A DNA stretch of 32,000 nt. Origin: Zygophlyctis sp. KS116 (taxonomy: Eukaryota > Fungi > Chytridiomycota). Positions within the stretch are counted from its first letter, which is position 1, and the number at the start of each line of letters is the position of its first letter. Positions 22,664-31,731 of this stretch are shown here, in pieces. The position numbers were made by a program, and so were the translations under genes. The stretch spans positions 30,001 through 62,000 of the forward strand of contig BAAFSQ010000012.1 of assembly GCA_054661495.1 (NCBI GenBank), in the 5' to 3' direction. Under the pieces are notes generated by a model. That model saw only the letters and a list, made by a program, of their open reading frames with translations, did no database searches and was not told the DNA's origin.

Positions 22664-25600
22664 ATGAAAAACGATTCTACAAGATCAGATAGGTTAAAGA
22701 GACTATCATCATTAATGAAATCAGAGCCTAATCTGTCTAAACAATCTAACCAGTCATTGATAACGCTAAATTCATCATTTATGCCGCTTTCAAAACCAAT
22801 GCCATTAGTTAGACCAGTATCTGCATCTAAAAGATCTATAACTGAAGCAAAAAGACCAATTTCAGGATCAGTTAGACCTTTATCATCCCAGACATCTCTA
22901 TCAGTCACTTCAAGACCAAAGTCTGCTAAAGCTACAAATTCAATTTCTAACGGGTCATTATCAAGGCCAAAAAAGTCTGTATCGTTTATAAATGCTCAGG
23001 AAAAGTCTAATGATACACTATTCAAGAGATGTCCAACACCTGCTGCAAGTGTCACTTTAGGAGATTTACAAGTTCAAGAAGCGTCAAATGCAATTACAAT
23101 AGAACAGGATCAACGATCGCTTATTGAAATTGATCATGATGAGGCATTGATAGAAGAATCTGAAGATTTTTATGCAAGACTGGAAAATGAGAATGAATAC
23201 TTTCTCACACCCTTTCAAACATATATATATGATGAACTCTATCCAAATTCTGATGATCCAAAAAAATTAGAGACTGATGGGAGTAGGCTGTATATTGCTA
23301 GAGCTATTAGATTAAAACAGGGAATAATTTATGCGGATTTGAAGTTGGCAGTTAATCGGGTCGTCTCGCTTTATCCGATTTTGGAAACGGTATTTTTTAG
23401 AAATGAAAAAATACTGGATGCAGATGTTGTAGGTACATTACCCAGATATAGAGAATGGGACTCAGAATCGGATTTATATTTGGAAAAAATCAATACTGTT
23501 CAAAACTTTGAATTACAAAATTCAGATCCTGAAATACTAGCTGATTTTACTACAAAATGGATGAGGGGTCATTTAAACTTTAACCATCTATTTAAAGTTT
23601 TATTTATTCCTTCAGATCAAAATTCAAATATTTCAGATACCTTGGTTTTTATCGGTGCTAATATTGTACTGGATAGCCTTAGCGTCGCATTTCTTAATCA
23701 AGAAATTATGAATTTATACAGTTCTATTGCTCAATATAGGAAAATGGGGATTGCAGAAAATCGACTTTTTAATTTTCTTTCAAATTATAAAGTAAAGGAA
23801 AAGGCTTCATTTTTGCAATTTTCTCAAGGATGTGTTGACAGTAGGTTTTCAATGGACTTTTGGAGAACGCAATGCATGGAAGCCGTCCAAGAAACAGTCG
23901 AATTTGAAGAACGAGAAGAATTTTTAAAGCAGATAAAGAAACTTGGAATCGAAAAATATAATTTACAAGGGTCAAAGGAAAGTTTAACAAAACGAATGGG
24001 CAATCTGTCAAATGAGCTCAAGAATTTGCTTCAGCAAAGAAAAAAATTAGACAGTGGCATGAATGGAGAAGGCCCGATGACTCACTTTACAGATCCAACA
24101 ACAAAGGAAGTTATGGCGATCAGTGTTGACGCTAAAGATGCATTATTGCAATCGGTTCTTGGAATAGAAGGTAGTAATACCGAGAGCATAGTGTCCTTTT
24201 TGGATAAACACGGTGTTCCCAAAGATGTACAAAGAAAAATCAATGCATCTTCGTTACCAATTGAAACTTTTTCAGAGCTAAATCAGCAATCTCTTGCCAA
24301 TGTTCCAATATTAGCCAGAGAGAGAAGAAAAATATTGGCTTTGGCAGAATATATATCTAGCCGTATTAGGGAAAGTTTCCACGAGCAGCATAAAATCAAA
24401 GGAAACTATGAGCGTAGAATTTTGAAAACAAGGCGTGATTTGGAAAAAGTAAACGACATGCTTGCTGTAGTGAAAGAGCGATTAGAGATCAATGATGATA
24501 TGAATCTGCGACTAAATGCAATCATTAACCCCCCAATTTATGACGAAAGAATTTTACCATTGAACCTGAATACTGTCACAGCTGGTAATTATAACAGTGA
24601 AATCAACTTTAATCAAACATCATATTCTTTTGTCCCTTTTACTGTAAAAGATGAAGTTGTGGTCCAGCTCAGAAATTTTAGAGAAGCATATTTACTATCA
24701 AAACAAAACTCAGCCGGAGGAAAAGATTCCGGATCATCATCGGTTGAAATCATCACATCAGATGAATCTGATTCAGAAAAATTTAACGAAGAAACTCAAA
24801 CTCACAATCGAAAGCTTAGAAATGCAAATTCAGTGTGTATGGCAGCATTTTGTGTTTTGTTGAGGCATATTTCTGGCCAAGATAAATTTTCAATCGGACT
24901 TACTCAATCATATCGATATAGGGATATGCTTGTTGGACCGGTGAGTGATACTGTCCCACTCAAGATTGATCTTACAAAAAAAAGATTGGAATTTCGTTCT
25001 CTATTTTCTAAAATGTATCGGGGAATGTATCATGCACTTCATCAGGGTGCAGCTTGTCCTTTATATAAAATTGCTAAAAAGTATTCTCATGTGGGACACC
25101 TTCCGATTAGATTTGAATATATCTCGTATAAAGAATTTCAACGCTGGCAAAAAGCAGGAATTACTATGGAGGATTTGATGGATGAATCTCTAAATGCTTC
25201 AAATGAAGGGCTTGGATTCACAAAATTATGGACTATGAATGAAAGTGATCCATTTGATTTAAAACTTGTCTTGGTAGAAACGAAAGATTCGATAGAGGGA
25301 GGATTTGTCTATCGGCCAGAAAAGTTTACTCCTTCACAAATTACTAAATGGATGATTAAATTCCAGTCTATTTTATCATCAATTGAATATTCTCAGCGCA
25401 AAATCAGAATATCAACAATGATTTCAAGGTATTTTTGAGTAAATTTAATAATTATAGATTGTACCACTCAATGTGGACTAAAAGCATGGATGGATTATCT
25501 AATACCTTTAGCTTTTCTAGTTTTGCTGATTTGCATACTCCATTGGATTCACGAAATAATTTATCTTCTGATGACGAGAGAGATGAAATAGAAAATAGTC

Positions 25601-25779
25601 AGAATACTCTTGCTGCATCTTCGAATGAATTGAAAGCTACAAAAAGCAGTCTAGAAATCTATGCATCCTTACCATCACTAAATCCAGAAAGACTAAAAAC
25701 CTCACTGCCACCTTCTGATAAACCCCAAAAACAAGTTCAAAGTACAGATACAATTTATCTAGAAAGCTTAAGAATTTAA
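22664..25779 (+). CDS. ~1030-aa protein: basic low-complexity N-terminus plus an NRPS-type condensation-like domain split by a coiled coil/SAM-like/coiled coil insertion
   Basis: 924-aa ORF plus a last exon after intron 25429-25457. C-domain-like blocks: LTPFQTY, AIRLKQGIIYADLKLAVNRVVSLYPILETVF, LFKVLFI, ANIVLDSLSVAFLNQEIMNLY, DFWRTQ // MAAFCVLLRHISGQDKFSIGL, LVGPVSDTVPLKIDL, FDLKLVLVETKDSIEGGFVYRPEKFTPSQITKW. Confidence 0.8.
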
Positions 25780-26391
25780 AATTTTATTTTTGTAGCAGCA
25801 TATTCAAAGAGCTCATCCACATTTGTCCGATTTTTCGCAGACACAGATTTGAATTCTACACCCCATTCTGATGCCTTCTTTTGAGCATCTTGGGGCTTAA
25901 TAACAAGAGAATCGGCTTCGTCAATCTAATAATAAGATTTTACTAAAAACCTTTGTGCCACATAATATTATCGGTCCAGTTGGATTTACACGTTTAGCTT
26001 CTTGAACCCAAAATTCTGATTCTAAAAATGAATTCTTATCAAGCATATCAAAGCATATGATAGTAATCTAACCATAATTATTTTCCAAACATTACATGCG
26101 CATCATCCAAAAACTGTGAAACCAAAATCTTATATCTCTCAGCTCCTGATAACGCCCAGACTTGATATGATGCCCTCTTTCTAGATATTAATATTGAGTA
26201 TTACCCTGAAAGGTCGTTCTTTATGGTCATTTCTGCACCCAAAGTTTGTATGTACTCGTTATTAAATTCATTATTAACCCATCTAGTTTTAATTATTGAT
26301 GTTACCGCTGAACGAGGCATGATTTTCCAGCCTTTGATGATCCAGCGAGTACTATTTTAACAGGAGAATAAAGAGTTTCTGCAGAGACCAT
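25776..26391 (-). CDS. Atypical, non-prenylated Rab-like small GTPase (about 170 aa; absent from the ORF track)
   Basis: Introns 26283-26305, 26181-26204, 26068-26095 and 25926-25950 give MVSAETLYSPVKIVLAGSSKAGKSCLVQRWVNNEFNNEYIQTLGAEM...YQVWALSGAERYKIL...IICFDM...SF...IILCGTKIDE...VSAKNRTNVDELFEYAATKIKF*. Confidence 0.88.
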
Positions 26392-26469
26392 CCGATATTC
26401 GAATTTTCGGACAATAATTGGGTCAATTCTCGCGATAACAGCAATCAATTACCAAATCTCTAATTTCAG

Positions 26470-27971
26470 ATGGAGAAGTCAATAATTTCGTTTACCCCAA
26501 AGCATATCCATTACCCTCCTTCTCCACTCCAGAGATACATTTATATTCCCACCACATTTAGTAATTCTAGATTTTAAATGTGATAGATTCGCCCAAGAGC
26601 ATTGGCAACTACAATATCGCTAGATCCAACACTGAAACTAATAGCATCGCGAATGAGAAGAAGAGAGCGATTGAAATGGAAGATTCAGCTCCTAAAAGAC
26701 TTAAATTAGAGCAAGAATCAATGCAGTGGACAAATGATCATGGAAATATTGCTGATTTAGTAAATGTGATTAAAGATGAAATTAGTAATTATGCTCCATG
26801 TATGCTATTATAATCTTAAATATAGTCGCAGAGGATATTGATCAGACAATTACGCTGTATTATCCAAAGAATTCTGAAGTTTATCCGTTGGCAATTCCTT
26901 TGAAAGATGATTATGATCCTATTCATGATATTCTTCAGACAGCTAGAGTCATTGGTATTTAGTTTAATTTCTAATAGAATAGGCGAACATCTTGTGCCTC
27001 TGGAATTTTCTGAAATTTTAGGCACTTTTAAGACTGGTACTATAAAAATGATTCGCAAGGCAATAAGACATTCTGATTTGGAAGGATTTAAAAATAATGT
27101 TGATTTATTTAACAAGGGGGTTATGGAATTGAGAGACAAAGGCATATTTAATCATATAAGTAGAGAATCAGCAGCAGATTTGGAAATAATTGAACATATA
27201 ATGGAACAATCTTACGCGAGAATAGTTGCTCCAAAGACAAACGCATTAAGAAAATATGAAGGTATTTTAATATTTTAATTTCAAGGATTTTCAAATAATG
27301 TCTATGGAGAAATAAAGCATCCTTTTGTTAAGCAGATAATTAAGCAAACAAATCTGAAATCTGATCAGGTATTTTTAGATATGGTATATTTAATTCCTTA
27401 AGTACTAAGTATTTAGGGGAGTGGAATTGGGAATGTTGTACTTCAAGTTGCAGCTCAAACATTGTGTGATTCTTATGGGATAGAAATTATGGAGTCTCCA
27501 GCAGATCTTGGATTAAGGCAGGCTCAAGAATTTGTTGCAAGGATGGAAAATTATTGTCTTCCTTGTGGGAAAATCACTCTCAAAAAAGGAGATTTTTTAG
27601 ATAACGAGGCGATTCATGATGTTATTAAAAGGTTTAAACATTTAGTTTTTTACTTTCTTAGGGCAGATGTTATATTCGTAAACAATTACGCTTTTGATGC
27701 AGCTCTAAATCAGTCAATAATTGCCAAATTTTTAGATATCAAAGAGACGTGTCAAATTGTTTCACTAAAAAGTTTTGGTCATGTAGATAGGCGTGCTACT
27801 CTTCATAGAATTAATGCTATAGAGTCAATTTTTGATGTCAAAGAGGTAAGTTTGCTGAGTAGTAATTTATAGTTATACTTTGGTCAAGATCATGTTTCTT
27901 GGATGAATGAACCAGGAAAATATTATATTCATACAATCAACCGTCAAAAAGCTGTGATTGATGGCGAATGA
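26470..27971 (+). CDS. DOT1: Histone H3K79 methyltransferase Dot1
   Basis: Seven short introns. YDPIHDI, QSYARIVAP, LRKYEGFSNNVYGE, VFLDMGSGIGNVVLQVAAQ, SYGIEIM, GDFL, ADVIFVNNYAF, IVSLKSF and VSWMNEPGKYYIH. The start at 26470 is the best guess. Confidence 0.92.
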
Positions 27972-28043
27972 AATTTATCGCATCTGGTGAATTTTAACGC
28001 AATCATGAAATATTAAGATAATTTTTAGATAAATAGAACATTC

Positions 28044-29546
28044 TTATTTTGCATTAAAACTAAAAAGTCGCTGGAGAGTATTTTTTCTTGGTATATTAGG
28101 TCGCTGTCTTGCTTCCAAACTGGCTGATATCGTCTGCTTTATTTTCTCTTCCATTAGCCTTAGCATTTTTACTTTAGCATCAGGAAATCGTATTAAAATA
28201 ATTTCCAAGTTTTTGCTAGATATTTTTCCCAGATCACAATTAACCATTGTCCGTGCTGAGACTTCTCGAACTTGATTTTGCAACAATGCTACTTCACCAA
28301 TATAATCTCCTCTATGACACACCCGAACGAGATTCTCCCCATTGTATAAACTGGGCGTAGTGATTTCAATTTCACCTTTTAATATAATGTACATATCTCT
28401 AGCTTCATCGCCAACTTTAAAAAGAAAGGTATCGCATGCAACATGAATAGGTTCAATAGCTAATGCTAGTGAAGATATAAAACTTTGATCATGATCTTGA
28501 AATATTTCCATTGAGTTTAAGATATCCCCATAGATACAATTCACTACAGCTTGATGAAGATCTTTTGGTAGATTTTTCCAAGCCATTTTTTCATCTAATC
28601 CATCCAAATGATGAAATTTGATTTTCTCATGCCGCTTGATTTCATCTTGCAATTGAGTAGGAAATTTGTTTTGGCACATGTATGAATGAATTTGCCTGTA
28701 TCTAAACTTGAATTGTTTTTTTCTATGAATTGATTCGTTACTGATTGATATTCTCAAAATTGAATTAATCATACCAAAAAAAGCCCCATAAATAATCGCA
28801 GCAATAAAAAGTTCAAATATTGAATAGACCAACTCAATATCAGTTTTACAGTCTCTTGTATTGAAAACAAATACTTCCATGGCATAATAAATACTCCTAT
28901 AATTTAATATGAATCAAAAGTTTTACATTGAATACTGATCAATCATTTCAGTCGCACCGCCATCTTTTATTATGACTTGATTTACCCATGAATTATCCAA
29001 CTGTTGCGATCCGGACAAACTAAAAAAGAAACAAGCAGACAAATGAACTAGTATCAAAAGTCCGATAATTGACTTTACTAATCTCCCAACTTGAACTGAC
29101 ACATACGGAATCGCCGATTGTACTACTGATTTTAGCAAAGAAGCCAATGCAGGAATAATCTTTATGGCTCTAAGATAGATCCAAATTCTATAATTATAAT
29201 CGTATGGATAACATGCTCCGCTTGATGCAGCCACTAATGGAATAATATCCCATGGCAACCAAAATGCTATTTGAAGAGCCCCACCTTTCTTTATCATCAT
29301 CTTAAACGTTTCCTTTGGAGAATCCTGTAAAGTACCAAATTCATCTCTGTATTGTACCAACATGGATGCTATTAAAACAGCTGCATTAAGAAGATCGCAA
29401 ACATAAAAGAGTGGGAATACTGGTAACAGTTGGCAAGTCCATCCCAATCCCAATGGTAGACTAATGATTTGAATGAAATTAACAATCAAACAAAGATAAA
29501 ACAACCCACAGCTCAGTATTGAATCTTGGGTTATAGTTTTTAGCAT
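28044..29546 (-). CDS. Cyclic-nucleotide-binding-domain ion channel (CNG/HCN/EAG-like) with an atypical pore
   Basis: Hydrophobic S1-S6 segments (LPWD in S3, YLRAIK in S4, HLSACFFF in S5, SW), a C-linker (IHSYMCQNKFPTQLQDEI...LPKDLHQAV) and a CNBD (LFKVGDEARDMYIILKGEIEI...GDYIGEVALL...REVSAR). Intron 28897-28926. Confidence 0.88.
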
Positions 29547-29597
29547 GATGAATCTACTGATTTGATGAGGTGACGTCGACAAACGTCATTATTCAAA

Positions 29598-30387
29598 ATG
29601 TCTAGATCAACTTCTCTTAAAGATAACAATTCTAAAAAGAATGGAAGTCATGCTATATTATACATGACAAATGGAGATACTTATCATGGAGAATGGAAGA
29701 ATGATCTAAAACATGGTATTTTATTACTATTAAACAATAGGAAATGGAACTTTTACATGGCAAAAAACTGGTAATATTTATCAAGGTGAATGGGCATTTG
29801 ATAAAAGATCTGGATATGGAACTCTTTCAGTCTTAAGCATTGAAACCCCAAATTTAGTCTCTAATGATCCTCACCAATTCATTTCTAATCTTAAAAAGAG
29901 TTTTAAAGCGACTAAAAAGATTATAAAATCATATGCTGGTGAATGGGAATATGATATGAGACATGGAATAGGGACATGTTATTATCCCAATGGTAATATT
30001 TATACTGGACATTGGGAGTATGATATGAAGGAAGGTTGGGGTACAATGGAATATGCAGATGGATCTATATACCAAGGAGAATTTCATAAAGAAAATAGAC
30101 ACGGACAAGGAGTTTTATTATTATCTAGCGGTGATCGATATGAAGGAATGTGGTTTAATGATGTTAAAGAAGGACCAGGAAAATTTATATATAGAATTAA
30201 AAGAAGAGTTTATGAAGGAGAATGGTGTTTAGATTTACCAAAATGTGGAACACTTAAAGATTTACCAGGAATACCTGGATATAATCCAAAATATGCGATT
30301 CCAAAGATTGAACTAGAAAATCCTCAAGAAATTCTAGATACTCAAAAGGAGTTGTTGACTGCAGATCGATTGACTCGTCTAGTATAG
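29598..30387 (+). CDS. MORN3: MORN repeat protein 3 homolog
   Basis: KKNGSHAILYMTNGDTYHGEWKNDLKHGNGT...YQGEWAFDKRSGYGTLS, multiple YxGxWxxxxxxGxG repeats, and C-terminal YEGEW..D.PKCG...IPKIELENPQEIL. Intron 29716-29740. Confidence 0.82.
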
Positions 30388-30394
30388 ACCTTGA

Positions 30395-30444
30395 AACTAA
30401 AACTTCAAATAAAACTTCAAATAAAACTAAATCTAAAACTAAAA
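30395..30444. repeat. Degenerate A-rich tandem repeat (TAAAACTTCAAA / TAAAACTAAA) after MORN3
   Basis: aaactaaaacttcaaataaaacttcaaataaaactaaatctaaaactaaaa, containing AATAAA words. Confidence 0.6.
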
Positions 30445-30480
30445 TTACCTTTTTTAAACCCTAAATTCTTTTACGTGAAA

Positions 30481-30923
30481 ATGAAAGCAGTCACTTGGAA
30501 TAATCGTAATTAGAGTCTTTACTAACATTAGCCTTTATGGGATACATCCATACACTATTAGCTCATGGACCAAAAAGAACTTTAAAGTTGATATTAACCC
30601 TTTCTCAGCCTAAAGTAGGAAAATTAGTAGGAACAGATTCTTTAGGAAATGAATACTATGAAAATAGACTAGAAATTAATTACAGAGACCGATGGATTAT
30701 ATATTCTAAATGGAATTTTGATGCATCTCAAATCCCTGCTGAATGGCACGCATGGATGACACATATGACTGATGAATTACCATCTGGAAAACTTCCATTT
30801 TTCTCTCCAAAAACTTGGAATGAAAACCTAACTGGGACTTTTGGAGCTTTCAAGACTTATTCTACAGTTGTGCCTAAAATTAACTCTTGGAGTCCAAGGG
30901 TTCTAGAAAGGAGTAAAAAGTAA
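30481..30923 (+). CDS. NDUFA12: NADH:ubiquinone oxidoreductase subunit NDUFA12 (B17.2/N7BM)
   Basis: GKLVGTDSLGNEYYEN...RDRWIIY...DASQIPAEWHAWMTH...NLTGT..AFKTYST..PKINSWSP. Upstream exon 30481-30505 and intron 30506-30531 containing TACTAAC. Confidence 0.92.
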
Positions 30924-31032
30924 ATATCATCTTGTCTTTCTTGAGGTCCGAGATTTTGTAAAAAATAGAAATTGAAAATAGAATATAGATGGTGGGTGTC
31001 AAACAGAGTTGTAGGTCTGATTTAGCTTTAAA

Positions 31033-31730
31033 ATGAAAGTGTTGCTAAAAGTAATTATTCTTGGAGACTCTGGAGTAGGAAAAACATCTCTTATGAATCA
31101 ATATGTGAATAGGAAATTTAGTTCTCAGTATAAAGCAACAATTGGTGCAGATTTCTTAACAAAGGAAATTTCTATTGATGATAAATTGGTGACAACTCAG
31201 GTTTTTCTATTTTATTAATTAAAAAGATTTGGGATACAGCAGGACAGGAAAGATTTCAGTCTCTAGGTGTAGCATTCTACAGAGGATCAGATTGTTGTGT
31301 ATTGGTTTTTGACGTGAATAATGCAAAATCATTTGACAGTTTAGACAATTGGAGAGATGAATTCTTATTACAAGCTAATCCTAAAGACTCTTCAGATTTT
31401 CCATTTATTCTAATTGGAAATAAAGTTGATGTAGAAGAGAGTAAACGGCAGGTATTTTTTTTAAATTTTTTAAATTTCTGGTTTCTACTAAAAGAGCAAT
31501 GGCTTGGTGTACATCTAAAGGAAATATACCAGTATTTACTAGTTTTTTCTAAAAATTTATAGTATTTTGAAACTTCTGCAAAGGAAGGTTCAAATGTAGA
31601 AACAGCTTTTGCAACAATTTCAAAGAATGCATTGGCTAGAGAATCTAATACAGAATTTGCTGATTTTCCGGATCCTGTCTCTCTGACACCAGATACTAGA
31701 CATGGAGTGGGTCTGGGAAACTGTTGTTGA
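31033..31730 (+). CDS. YPT7: Rab7/Ypt7 GTPase
   Basis: [24 protein letters not shown]...[12 protein letters not shown]...[19 protein letters not shown]...GNKVD...YFETSAK...NCC*. Introns 31201-31226, 31452-31480 (ends in TG) and 31532-31562. Confidence 0.96.
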
Positions 31731-31731
31731 A

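Noticed and set aside
22664-25779. NRPS biosynthetic gene cluster
   Set aside because: No adenylation, carrier or thioesterase domains and no tailoring genes nearby; the HHxxxDG motif is lost.
22285-27145. Track ORFs 22285-22551, 22660-22908, 23769-24021, 24651-24863, 24945-25178 and 26816-27145
   Set aside because: Opposite-strand or off-frame shadows of the cyclin, condensation-like and DOT1 genes.
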